Of a stretch of 28,075 nt of DNA, positions 17,856 to 26,983 are shown piece by piece. The translations under genes were made by a program, and so were the position numbers. Each line of letters begins with the position of its first letter. The stretch's first letter is position 1. The notes beneath the pieces were generated by a model. It made no database searches, was not told where the DNA came from, and saw only the letters and a program-made list of their open reading frames with translations. Location of the stretch: NCBI GenBank assembly GCA_041571435.1, contig JBFFUI010000031.1, positions 1-28,075 on the forward strand. Direction: 5' to 3'. Origin of the DNA: Sulfurimonadaceae bacterium (GTDB lineage Bacteria > Campylobacterota > Campylobacteria > Campylobacterales > Sulfurimonadaceae).

Positions 17856-20210
17856 TTACCAGGCGCGGTAGTAGTAGCGGTTCAGGTCATACAACCCCGA
17901 CTGTACCGGTTGACTCCTGTCAAAATGTGCCTGAAACCAATCATAATGGGTCCAGAAGTCGATATCACTTCGGGCGACACCGTAATCAAGCAGCTTTGCG
18001 ATGTATTCGGGCCTGTCCTTATAGTTCTCCAGCAGATTAAAGAAGTCCGGAAGATCTTTTTCATTGACCACGAAAAAAAAGTTGGGGTATGAACCGACAC
18101 TCCCTTCGATAAAGTCCGCCCTGTCTTTTGTCGGATCGAGTCTCTCTTCTTCGGCAAACATGGCATTGACGTTGTCGTGCCAACGGTTGAGAACGATGGA
18201 GAGGACCGTCTCCTCCCCGTTGGCATGCTTAATCCGTATATAGGCCAGATTGGCGTTATACCCGTTGATCAACTCCATAAATGCCGTGCCGGAACGCGAC
18301 ACCACGCGAAGCGCTTTAAGATAATCCTGCCGGCTCTGATACGACTCCGGCAGAGCATCCGGCACACGCTCTCCCCTTCGAAAATAGTTTTGATCGAAAC
18401 GGATATTGGTTGCTTTGTCGATATGTTCATCGACGACCTTTTCGATAAACTCCTGTTGATAGTTGTCGCTTTTATAGTCTATCTTCGTCTCGCCAAACCA
18501 CTCCAGTTTTTCCAGATCGTTAAACGCATCATCGCCCATATACCATGACTTCAGAAGGTCCACGCGGCTCGTTTTGGGCAGGAACGAGACAAAGTTGGCT
18601 TCGCCTTCTATACGCAAAAAGTCCATATAACGTCTAATATTGGCCTGATGCGCAATATTGCCAAAGACATCAAAACCGGCGACAAGCGCATAGTAGATAC
18701 GTTCAAACTGCGGGTAGTCGATGACCCACATCGTTCGCGGCATCTGTCCCAACACCCCTTTATGCACCGAGGCGCTGTCAAAGTGACGATAGACCGTCAG
18801 AATGGGGCTATGCTTCGGTGCGTCACCTTTCCATATCCAATCCATCGATGTTCTTGCACCATGAAAACTGTACAGTTTGGTTTTGTCATACATGTATTGG
18901 AGGTAAAGCTCTCTGTAGCGGTCACTGAAGGTACTGAAGAGCCCGATCGAGCTCCCCTTTTCTATCGGTATGCTGAGATTGGCCGCCTCTTTGGTGAGGA
19001 AATTAGGATTGTTCACCGTAAGATCATATTTCGGATCCAGGAACATGATCCAGAAGTGGTCATGAATGACATTCAGCGCGATCTGACCTTTACAGACCGG
19101 CCCCCGGATAAAGGTACGCGTGATGTACTCGCTGTTGTCCAGGAGAAACTGGTAACGCGATGCCGGCGGTATCTGGGCAAAGTTCAAAAACGGGTTGGCG
19201 CTTCGGACCTGGTCATAGTCCATGACATGCGGTGTTTCAAGCCAGGGCGTCTCTATGAACAGTGCATTGATCCGACGGTATTTGTCCGCCCCCATCTCAA
19301 AGACGATGTGGGTCTTATGGACGATCGTCGAATGGATCTTCCGGATCCGATAGTAGAAGGTTTCGACACCGGGATCGTCAAAAGGACGCACACTGGGGAT
19401 CACCTCTATCATCTGCGGCGAAGGGCTCTTTGAACGGACGATCTCATAAAACTCGCCGGGTGCCTCCGGGAAGTAAAGATGCGCGATAAAGAGATGCTCG
19501 TAGAGGTACCTGGCCGTCATGACATGTTTGGCATCGGGCTGATTGAGAAAGGCTTCCCACCGCTCTATAGAGAGCTTTGCCGCTTCACTCGGTCGGACAA
19601 GTTCGGCCTGCTGGGACGGAGTCGGGCCCTGTGCCCCCTGTTGGAGCCAATGCAGCATGGTCGTATACTCTTTTATAGAGAGCGACGGAAAGCCGAACGG
19701 CATACCGCGGTTGGGATGTTCGTCCATAAACTCGGCCAGCTCTTCACCGTTTTTTGCACAGGTCTGATCGGCAACATCCTCGGCATGATACTCGCCTCTG
19801 CTGATCGGCTCTTCCATCTTGGCTCGCAGCAGATGGGCCATGATCGTGTTGTTAAAATTCCCTTTAGCCGTGTTTTCCGTCACCGTATAAAAGCTTTTGG
19901 TGCGCCACTCATCCGTTGTCTCGGCATCCACAAAAAGACGTGTCGGTCCCTGCGCCTTCAAACGGTCCAGGTAGACGATCTCTTTTGACGCACCGCGGTC
20001 AGCGCCTTCAAAGGAGCTCAGCTTCAACTGACAGGGGGAGTTGTAACAGGAGTGGCAGGTGACGCAGCGCTTGTCCAGGATCGGCTTGACGTCCGTAAGA
20101 TAATCGATCTTCTTTTCCATCCGCTTGACCTGGATCGGCGCCGGCGGGTCATACGAACACCCTCCAAAGAAAAAGGATGCGCAAAGTGCGATCAGGACAA
20201 GGTTTTTCAT
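17856..20210 (-). CDS. cti: Fatty acid cis/trans isomerase, heme c, predicted lipoprotein
   Basis: VKPILDKRCVTCHSCY.SPCQLKL, RYLYEHLF, FIRGPVCKGQIALNVI, RHFDSASV, AGFDVFGN, GSYPN, GLYDLNRY; lipobox-like FFGGC. Confidence 0.92.
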   Translation of the reverse strand: MKNLVLIALCASFFFGGCSYDPPAPIQVKRMEKKIDYLTDVKPILDKRCVTCHSCYNSPCQLKLSSFEGADRGASKEIVYLDRLKAQGPTRLFVDAETTDEWRTKSFYTVTENTAKGNFNNTIMAHLLRAKMEEPISRGEYHAEDVADQTCAKNGEELAEFMDEHPNRGMPFGFPSLSIKEYTTMLHWLQQGAQGPTPSQQAELVRPSEAAKLSIERWEAFLNQPDAKHVMTARYLYEHLFIAHLYFPEAPGEFYEIVRSKSPSPQMIEVIPSVRPFDDPGVETFYYRIRKIHSTIVHKTHIVFEMGADKYRRINALFIETPWLETPHVMDYDQVRSANPFLNFAQIPPASRYQFLLDNSEYITRTFIRGPVCKGQIALNVIHDHFWIMFLDPKYDLTVNNPNFLTKEAANLSIPIEKGSSIGLFSTFSDRYRELYLQYMYDKTKLYSFHGARTSMDWIWKGDAPKHSPILTVYRHFDSASVHKGVLGQMPRTMWVIDYPQFERIYYALVAGFDVFGNIAHQANIRRYMDFLRIEGEANFVSFLPKTSRVDLLKSWYMGDDAFNDLEKLEWFGETKIDYKSDNYQQEFIEKVVDEHIDKATNIRFDQNYFRRGERVPDALPESYQSRQDYLKALRVVSRSGTAFMELINGYNANLAYIRIKHANGEETVLSIVLNRWHDNVNAMFAEEERLDPTKDRADFIEGSVGSYPNFFFVVNEKDLPDFFNLLENYKDRPEYIAKLLDYGVARSDIDFWTHYDWFQAHFDRSQPVQSGLYDLNRYYYRAW

Positions 20211-20211
20211 C

Positions 20212-20598
20212 TTACCCCTTCAGCACATGCTCTTGCGTCACATAGGTCTTGAAACTGCCCGTAAAGACATCTCTGCCGTGACAACGGCCGACGACCTCGA
20301 CCACCGCCTTGGCACCCTCTTGTTCGACGATCGTCGCTTCAAAATCGATCACATCGCCTTTGACGCTTGGCGCTATGAAACGGCATGTGCTGCCGGTCAA
20401 CACGACATTGGGTTCATTGACGGCGCACATCGCTGCAAAATCAGCCGCTCCGAAGATAAAACCGCCATGGATCAGCCCCGCTTCGTCCGCCACCATCTTG
20501 GCATCCGTCTTAAGCTGCACCTTCGCATACCCTTTGGCAAGTTTTACGACCTCACCGCAGAGCTTTGTGTTGATCTTCAGATGGGTACTTTGCGCCAT
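20212..20598 (-). CDS. PaaI/hotdog-fold thioesterase
   Basis: GLIHGGFIFGAADFAAM, FIAP..KGD. Confidence 0.88.
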   Translation of the reverse strand: MAQSTHLKINTKLCGEVVKLAKGYAKVQLKTDAKMVADEAGLIHGGFIFGAADFAAMCAVNEPNVVLTGSTCRFIAPSVKGDVIDFEATIVEQEGAKAVVEVVGRCHGRDVFTGSFKTYVTQEHVLKG

Positions 20599-21503
20599 TA
20601 GGTCTCCTTGGGCTTTTTGATGAGTCGGACATAGACCCGTTTGGGTGCAGGGTACCCTTCCACCGTCTTGGTCGCGTCATTCGGGTCCAAAAAGTCCTCG
20701 AGGCTTTGCCCTTCGATCCACTCTGTCTTGCGCTGCTCCTGCGCACTTGTCACCGAGGTCTCAAGCACCTCAAATGCGCTGAAACCGGCACGCAGGCACC
20801 AGTTTTTGAGTGCCGGGATCGTCGGGACGAAATAGATGTTGGGGATCTTTGAATAGGCCCCCTGGGGACAGAGCGCCATCTCTTCATCGCCATCGATCAT
20901 AAACGTATCCAAAATGACCTCACCCTCTGTGTCCAGCCCTTTGTAGAGCTGTTTGAGCATCGCGACAGGATCGCTTCGGTGGTAGAGGACCCCCAGACAG
21001 AAGATCGTGTCGAACTTCTCTTCATAATAGGGCAGATGTTCCACGCCCAGCAGTTCGTACTTTATCGCTGTCTTGGCAAAGTGGTTGATAAAATCGAATT
21101 GTGTCTTATAGAGTGCCGAAGGGTCAAAGCCGACAAGAGAGGCGGGGTTGTCCTCCTGCATGCGAAAAAGGTAGTAGCCGTTGTTGCAGCCGATATCGGC
21201 AACGCGTTTGCCCGCAAGCTCAAAGTGCGGCCGCAACAGGTTGTACTTCATAAAACTCTGCCACTCGGTGTCGATGAAGAGGCCGAAAAGATCAAACGGC
21301 CCTTTTCGCCACGGCATCATCATACGCGCGATTGATTCGATCTGTTCATGATCGACGCTCTCTTCCGTCTGCAAAGCGACCGTATCTTCCAACGAAACTG
21401 TTACGTCAATATTTGGCAGTGACGCCAACGCCTCACGCAGCGGCTTGATGTTTTTCCATGTCATCCATTTTTCACGCTCTATGCGCAGGGCATTCAAATC
21501 CAT
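20598..21503 (-). CDS. cmoB: tRNA U34 carboxymethyltransferase
   Basis: [60 protein letters not shown]. Confidence 0.96.
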   Translation of the reverse strand: MDLNALRIEREKWMTWKNIKPLREALASLPNIDVTVSLEDTVALQTEESVDHEQIESIARMMMPWRKGPFDLFGLFIDTEWQSFMKYNLLRPHFELAGKRVADIGCNNGYYLFRMQEDNPASLVGFDPSALYKTQFDFINHFAKTAIKYELLGVEHLPYYEEKFDTIFCLGVLYHRSDPVAMLKQLYKGLDTEGEVILDTFMIDGDEEMALCPQGAYSKIPNIYFVPTIPALKNWCLRAGFSAFEVLETSVTSAQEQRKTEWIEGQSLEDFLDPNDATKTVEGYPAPKRVYVRLIKKPKET

Positions 21504-21560
21504 TGTGTTCTTTCTGTGTAGATACCTGTATTTTAGCTAAAGCTTGTTAAAATCCTTTTC

Positions 21561-22448
21561 ATGCGCATCGAAAAAAAAGCAACAGTAATTTCATCATCAA
21601 CGGCAGCACTGCTCGTCACGATCAAGATAATCGTCGGCATCATGAGCGGTTCCATCGCCATTCTCGCCTCGGCCATTGACTCTTTTCTGGACCTTTCCGT
21701 CTCCATATTCAACTATTTCGCTCTTCACCAGTCCGAGAAAAAAGCGGATGCCCAGTTCAATTTCGGACGCGGCAAGCTCGAAGCCATCGCTGCCGTTATG
21801 GAGGGGACTATCATCTCCATCTCCGGGGTGTTTATTCTCTACAACGCCGTTGACAAGCTCCTTCACCCGAAGGCTATCGCCTACATGGACCTGTCACTTA
21901 TCGTGATGGGAATCTCCATCATCGTGACAAGCGCACTCGTCATCTTTTTGATCAGTGTGGCCAAAAAGACCGGTAACCTCGTTATCAGGGCGGATGCACT
22001 TCATTATCAGACAGACCTCTACACCAACGGTTCCATTCTGATCGCTCTCGGTGTCATCTACTTCACCGATTTTCAGATCATCGACCCGATCCTGGGTATC
22101 GCCATCGCCATCTATATGGTCTATTCGGCCTACCCTATCATCAAAGAGGGATTTTTGATGCTGATGGATATCTCCCTGAATGAAGATGAGATCGAAAAGA
22201 TCGAGGACTATCTCTTAACGGTCGACAACATCAACGGTACACACCATCTCACAACGCGCCGTTCCGGCTCCGATATCTTTATCACCGTGCATGTGGTCTT
22301 CAACATCTCCATTTCACTCTTTGATGCCCATCGAATCTCTGATAAAATAGAAGAAGGGCTTCAGAAACTTTTTAAGGACGAACGGGTCCACTCGATCATT
22401 CATATGGATCCCTATGATGACTCTGACGTCAATGTAGATGCCTACTAA
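21561..22448 (+). CDS. Cation diffusion facilitator transporter (FieF-like)
   Basis: About six hydrophobic helices; ASAIDSFLD, FGRGKLE, ADALHYQTD, AHRISD, IHMDP. Confidence 0.92.
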   Translation: MRIEKKATVISSSTAALLVTIKIIVGIMSGSIAILASAIDSFLDLSVSIFNYFALHQSEKKADAQFNFGRGKLEAIAAVMEGTIISISGVFILYNAVDKLLHPKAIAYMDLSLIVMGISIIVTSALVIFLISVAKKTGNLVIRADALHYQTDLYTNGSILIALGVIYFTDFQIIDPILGIAIAIYMVYSAYPIIKEGFLMLMDISLNEDEIEKIEDYLLTVDNINGTHHLTTRRSGSDIFITVHVVFNISISLFDAHRISDKIEEGLQKLFKDERVHSIIHMDPYDDSDVNVDAY

Positions 22449-22464
22449 ACAAAAAGGAAAAACG

Positions 22465-23082
22465 ATGACAAACAACAACCTACCCTACAGTAATCCGCTG
22501 CATGGAATATACAAAAAGATCGCACTTGTCGCACTCTGCAGTGCTGCATTGACGGCGAACCCGTATGAAAGTAATAAAGAGGAGCTGGCCTCCGTCGTAA
22601 AGACAGGCCAGGAGGTCTCGGCAACACTACTGAAAACCTTGGGAGGAAACCTGCAGGAGAAGATGAAAGCGGGTGGCCCTATGGCGGCTGCCGAGTTTTG
22701 TACGACCGAAGCCTATAACCTGACAGAAGCTGTCAGCAGCAAATACGGCAAAGATATAGAAGTTAAACGTATCTCTCTCAAAGAGCGTAATCCGGCCAAC
22801 CAGGTCAAAGGTGAGGAGAAGGCTATTTTAGAATCTCTTGACACCTTGCAAAAAAGCGGTGTCATACTGCCGCCATACGTTGTCGAACGCGTCAATAAAG
22901 AGACCTATAAGTTCTACAAGCCCTTAGTGATCAGCAAGCAGGTCTGCCTGAAGTGTCATGGTGATGTCGGAAAGAACCAGCAACTCTCACAGTATCTAGC
23001 AGAGACCTACCCGCATGACAAAGCCACCGGCTATAACATGGGCGACCTTCGCGGTGCGGTGGTCGTCACCATTAAAAAGTAG
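22465..23082 (+). CDS. DUF3365 (Tll0287-like) periplasmic c-type heme protein
   Basis: GGP..A..FC, RISLKERNP.N, CLKCHG, YPHDKATGY..GDLRG. ATG at 22465 follows AAGGA. Confidence 0.88.
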   Translation: MTNNNLPYSNPLHGIYKKIALVALCSAALTANPYESNKEELASVVKTGQEVSATLLKTLGGNLQEKMKAGGPMAAAEFCTTEAYNLTEAVSSKYGKDIEVKRISLKERNPANQVKGEEKAILESLDTLQKSGVILPPYVVERVNKETYKFYKPLVISKQVCLKCHGDVGKNQQLSQYLAETYPHDKATGYNMGDLRGAVVVTIKK

Positions 23083-23097
23083 GGAAACGCCCCTACT
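23078..23097. other. Short hairpin containing both convergent stop codons
   Basis: AGTAGGG-aaacgc-CCCTACT. Confidence 0.5.
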
Positions 23098-23557
23098 CCA
23101 TACTTCGCTCAAATGTATCGCTCGACATTGCGTTAAGACGACGTTCAAGACGGTCGATCACATCAAGAAGCTGATGCGAGATCTCAAGCAGCTCATCATA
23201 ATATTTTCTGGCTGTCTCTTTGTCACTCTCTGAGATCTTTTTCTTCATATTGAACAGCTTGGAAAAAAGTGAACGGTTCATATCAGCACCGAAATAGACC
23301 TTGAATATTTCCATATATTTGTCATGTAGATCGGAGTGCAGTCTCTCAATATCCTTCATACAGTCCATGCCCGGAAGCGCATTGAGCTTCTGTCCGTCAC
23401 TGTAAAACCACTGGCCAAACTTACACTCGGTACAGTCGACAGGAATTGCCTCTTTTTCAACCGGCAACCCTCCAATCAGTGCTTTCGCCCGTTGAACCCA
23501 CTTAACATGGGCTTTTTTAGCATTGTGCAACTGTTCTACTGTTTCCGCTTTGTTCAT
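23093..23557 (-). CDS. Stand-alone CZB (chemoreceptor zinc-binding) domain protein
   Basis: 3His-1Cys pattern: AHVKW, CKFGQWFY, LHSDLH. Start taken at MNKAE after GGAG. Confidence 0.9.
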   Translation of the reverse strand: MNKAETVEQLHNAKKAHVKWVQRAKALIGGLPVEKEAIPVDCTECKFGQWFYSDGQKLNALPGMDCMKDIERLHSDLHDKYMEIFKVYFGADMNRSLFSKLFNMKKKISESDKETARKYYDELLEISHQLLDVIDRLERRLNAMSSDTFERSME

Positions 23558-23718
23558 CTTTGACTCCATTTTCAATGTATATTATCAGACATACTATAAA
23601 TTCTATTTATATTATACCCCATAAAAACAGAAATTACCGCTATTAGATAGTAATACTGCTAGAAATGTGTTCAAAACAGCGTCTACCTGCACGATAATTA
23701 CGTGTATTTGCCCGAAGG

Positions 23719-24185
23719 TCAGACGCTGTTCAACCGGGACAGATGATCCAAAGAGTGTTCAAGACGATCAAGCTTTGCGTTGAGCTCTTCAACGATCTGT
23801 TCCATCTCACCATAAAGCTGTGCCGCTCTTCTGCGATCAGTTTCAGAGACAGGTCGGCTTCTATTAAACAGAAAAGCGAAAGAAGTGTTGTTTTGGTCAG
23901 GATCGTATATTTTGAATAGTTGCAGGTATCTGTCATGCAGATTGTATCGCAGGAGTTCGATCTGTTCCGTAACATCAAAATCGAAGAGATCGATCTCACT
24001 GTTCCCGGCTCATTTATAGAGTTCGCTGATCTCATCACCGTTCTCGTATAACCACTGGCAGGCAATACATTTTATCCCGATATTTCGGAACAGAATCTTT
24101 GGTGAGGGCGCGGCCATAGACCAAGTCGTTTGCACACTTGAGCCAGCGGGTATTGTCTGACTTGGCACGCGTAAAGATTTTAGCA
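23719..24185 (-). pseudogene. Disrupted CZB-like paralog
   Basis: AKSDNTRWLKCANDLVYG...VPKYRDK, a 1-nt frameshift at 24070-24073, CIACQWLYENG, an in-frame TGA at 24010-24012, then LHDRYLQLFKIY...LDRLE to the stop at 23719. Colinear with 23093-23557. Confidence 0.8.
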
Positions 24186-24202
24186 TAACTTATAACTAAT
24201 TC

Positions 24203-24230
24203 TTATATACCATCTCTAGATGGCGTATAA
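24203..24230 (-). terminator. Hairpin downstream of rny (possible terminator)
   Basis: Minus strand TTATACGCCATCT-ag-AGATGGTATATAA, 8 nt after the rny stop; weak U-tract. Confidence 0.4.
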
Positions 24231-24238
24231 TTGTTACC

Positions 24239-25807
24239 TTATTTGGCGTACTCGACAGCCCTGCTCTCGCGGATGACATTGACTTTTATATCGCCCGGGT
24301 AGCTGACTTTGGACTCGATCTCTTGTGCGATCTCTTTTGCAAGAAGCGACGCTTCATCGTCACTCACCAGTTCGGCACTGACCATCACACGGACTTCACG
24401 ACCGGCATTGATCGCATACGCCTGTTTCACGCCGGTCTTGCCCGAAGCGATCTCTTCGATGGCACCCACGCGTTTGACAAAGCTCTCGAGCACTTCCCTG
24501 CGGGCGCCCGGACGGGCGGCGGAGAGGGCGTCCCCTGCACAGACAGCGGCACATTCGACGGTCTCGATCTCCTGAAGTCCATGGTGGGCATAGATCGCGT
24601 TGATGACGACCGGGTCTTCATTGTAACGGCGGCAAATTTCGGCGCCCAGGTCGACATGCGACCCTTCAACATCGTGCGTCAGGGCCTTGCCGATATCGTG
24701 CAGCAGTCCTGCACGTTTGGCCAATTTGGCATCACCTCCCATCTCTGCGGCCATGATCCCGGCCAGGTTGGCGACTTCCAGAGAGTGTGCCAGGGCGTTT
24801 TGGCCGTAGCTGGCACGGTAGCGGAGTCGGCCGACCAGCTTGATCAGTTCCGGATGCAGTCCGCTCACCCCCAGCTCGAAGATGACATTCTCGCCATCTT
24901 CGAGTATCTTCTCCTCAAACTCATCGCACACTTTTTGATAGATCTCTTCGATACGTGCCGGCTGGATACGGCCATCTTCGATCAGCAGCTCCAGGGTACG
25001 TGCCGCGATCGCACGGCGATACATGTTAAAACTGCTGACGATGATAGCATGCGGCGTGTCGTCGATGATGATATCGACCCCCATCAGTGCTTCCATCGTC
25101 TTGATATTACGGCCCTCACGGCCGATAATACGCCCTTTCAGTTCATCATCCGTCAGCTGTACGGTGCTGGTCAGGTGCTCCTGCGCGAAATCGCTGGCCA
25201 GGCGCGACGTCGCCTGCGCCAGGATGTAGTTCGCCTTGCGCACCCCCTCCTCTTTGGCTTCGTTCTCATAGCGGCGGACGATATGGGCGATATCGGCGCG
25301 CGAACGCTCTTCGACCTGACGCAGAAGCGTCTCTTTGGCCTCTTCTTGTGTCATTCCCGCTGCGTTTTCTACCGCTTGGATCGCCTTCTCGAGACGCTGG
25401 TCGTACTCGCCCTTGAGTCTGTTCAGTCCTTCGGACTGGCGTTCGACAGTGAGTTTCAGACTGGCGACAATGCTGCGTTCGCGCTCGAGAACGGCCTCTT
25501 TTTCTTCCACTTCAGATACGAACGCTCTCTCTTTTTTAGCAATGCCTTCCTCCCGTTCGGAGAGGTCTTTGATGGCGCGTTCGCTCGCCTCGTTGTAGTG
25601 TTTGTCCGCCAGAAGTTCGATCTCCCTGGCTTTCAGGTTGGAACGCTCAAGCAGCAGTTCCGCCTCTTTTTCGATCGCATTGGCCTTTGCTTTGGCCTGC
25701 TCGGTATAGATGTCCAGATGGGCACTGGTCAGTTTTTTAGAGATCAGAAAACCTGCAAGCCCGCTAAGTGTGGCTATGCCACCTCCTAAGAGTATTTCGT
25801 TTATCAT
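24239..25807 (-). CDS. rny: Ribonuclease Y
   Basis: N-terminal transmembrane helix, coiled coil, KH domain KGRIIGREGRNI, HD domain SYGQN/GLLHDIGK, SAARPGAR, AGREVRV. Confidence 0.97.
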   Translation of the reverse strand: MINEILLGGGIATLSGLAGFLISKKLTSAHLDIYTEQAKAKANAIEKEAELLLERSNLKAREIELLADKHYNEASERAIKDLSEREEGIAKKERAFVSEVEEKEAVLERERSIVASLKLTVERQSEGLNRLKGEYDQRLEKAIQAVENAAGMTQEEAKETLLRQVEERSRADIAHIVRRYENEAKEEGVRKANYILAQATSRLASDFAQEHLTSTVQLTDDELKGRIIGREGRNIKTMEALMGVDIIIDDTPHAIIVSSFNMYRRAIAARTLELLIEDGRIQPARIEEIYQKVCDEFEEKILEDGENVIFELGVSGLHPELIKLVGRLRYRASYGQNALAHSLEVANLAGIMAAEMGGDAKLAKRAGLLHDIGKALTHDVEGSHVDLGAEICRRYNEDPVVINAIYAHHGLQEIETVECAAVCAGDALSAARPGARREVLESFVKRVGAIEEIASGKTGVKQAYAINAGREVRVMVSAELVSDDEASLLAKEIAQEIESKVSYPGDIKVNVIRESRAVEYAK

Positions 25808-26372
25808 GTTTAGTACCCTTTGCTGCAGCATAGCAAGCTTCCGGGGTGATCAGTAAGTCAGCCGTTACATCATATTTGTCGCATATATATTTAGAAGTAT
25901 TACAGAGTTTAGATTGAACAAATATGGTGTATGGTCTCTGTTTCAGTCGTGCGAAGAATCGGTCATACATACCTTTGCCGAAGCCTATTCGGCGCCCTTC
26001 TCCGTCAACACCCACTGCTGGTACTATAGCTACATCAATTTTATTAATTTTCAAATTCGTGTTTCCCGGCTCAAAGATGCCGAATTTCTTCAGCTCCAGA
26101 GGGAGTCTAAATGGTACCATCTTGAAACTGTCGTCTTCCATAAAAGGGAGATATACTTTTTTATTATGACGTCGGAAGGCCGCGATGTTTTTTCTGATGT
26201 TGGGTTCCATCCCCAGAGGCTCGAACGCCAAAACGGTTCTCGCCCTCTTGACTTTGGGATCCTTGAGCAGTTTTGCCACGATTTTCGCATTGCGGTAACT
26301 GCTGTTATGGCCGCTTAGCGTTTGCAGCGTTTCAAGACAGTTTTTTCGTAAAGTCTCTTTTGTCACAGACAT
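25764..26372 (-). CDS. ygfA: 5-formyltetrahydrofolate cyclo-ligase
   Basis: KETLRK, KFGIFEP, IVPAVG, RIGFGKGMYDRF, LITP. Start MSVTK after AAGGTG. Overlaps rny by 44 nt. Confidence 0.92.
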   Translation of the reverse strand: MSVTKETLRKNCLETLQTLSGHNSSYRNAKIVAKLLKDPKVKRARTVLAFEPLGMEPNIRKNIAAFRRHNKKVYLPFMEDDSFKMVPFRLPLELKKFGIFEPGNTNLKINKIDVAIVPAVGVDGEGRRIGFGKGMYDRFFARLKQRPYTIFVQSKLCNTSKYICDKYDVTADLLITPEACYAAAKGTKHDKRNTLRRWHSHT

Positions 26373-26426
26373 TTTGCACCTTAGATTGGTTATAATCACG
26401 ATCATTCTACCCAAAGGCCTATTAAT

Positions 26427-26975
26427 ATGTTTAAAAAGACACTCATTTCACTCTCTATCGTGCTCCCTCTTCTCTTTTTGGGTTGCAGCAGTTCCGACGA
26501 TGAGAGCAGTATGGTTGCCTCAAGTACCTTCCATCTTGTCGACACCGACGGTGCGGAATACAATGTCACCAAATCGGGGCTGAACTTTACCGTCGAGGGT
26601 CATGAAGAGAAGATCATCATGTTTGACATCTTTGCGACATGGTGCCCGCCTTGCCGCGCCGAAGCATCGAACCTTACCCATCTTCAGAAGAACTACCGCA
26701 ACGACCTGCTTATTCTGGGCGTGACGATCGAAAACGACATCCCCAACGAAAAGATCGAGTACTTTAAAGAGGAGTACGGTGCGGACTATGTCATTGTCAA
26801 CTCCAAAGAGAACGAACTTCTCTACCGTGCAATCGCCTCAGCGACCAAAGTGGGACAGCGTTTTCCGATCCCTTTGATGGTCATGTACAAAGACGGCAAA
26901 TACATCACCCACTACATCGGTCAGACACCTGAAGAGATGATCGAAAGCGATATCAAAAAAGCACTGGGGAAATAG
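26427..26975 (+). CDS. TlpA-family thioredoxin-like lipoprotein
   Basis: Lipobox FLGC; FATWCPPCRAE; PIP cis-Pro loop. Confidence 0.9.
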   Translation: MFKKTLISLSIVLPLLFLGCSSSDDESSMVASSTFHLVDTDGAEYNVTKSGLNFTVEGHEEKIIMFDIFATWCPPCRAEASNLTHLQKNYRNDLLILGVTIENDIPNEKIEYFKEEYGADYVIVNSKENELLYRAIASATKVGQRFPIPLMVMYKDGKYITHYIGQTPEEMIESDIKKALGK

Positions 26976-26983
26976 GCACGTAG

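Noticed and set aside
18648-19433. 261-aa + strand ORF, and similar shadows at 12398-13117 and 16360-16974
   Set aside because: Antisense to well-supported genes (cti, argB, DUF455); no recognisable features.
23975-24012. In-frame TGA followed by the GAGATCGATCTC palindrome as possible selenocysteine recoding
   Set aside because: The TGA does not align with a Cys in the paralog, an upstream frameshift also breaks the gene, and the palindrome is not a convincing SECIS.
23730-24065. 111-aa ORF from the track
   Set aside because: Wrong frame; the CZB-like homology lies in the other two minus-strand frames.
24323-25789. 488-aa ORF on the + strand
   Set aside because: Exactly antisense to rny, explained by codon bias; no motifs.
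26373-26426. 6S RNA expected upstream of ygfA
   Set aside because: Only 54 nt separate ygfA from the divergent TlpA-family gene, too short for 6S RNA.
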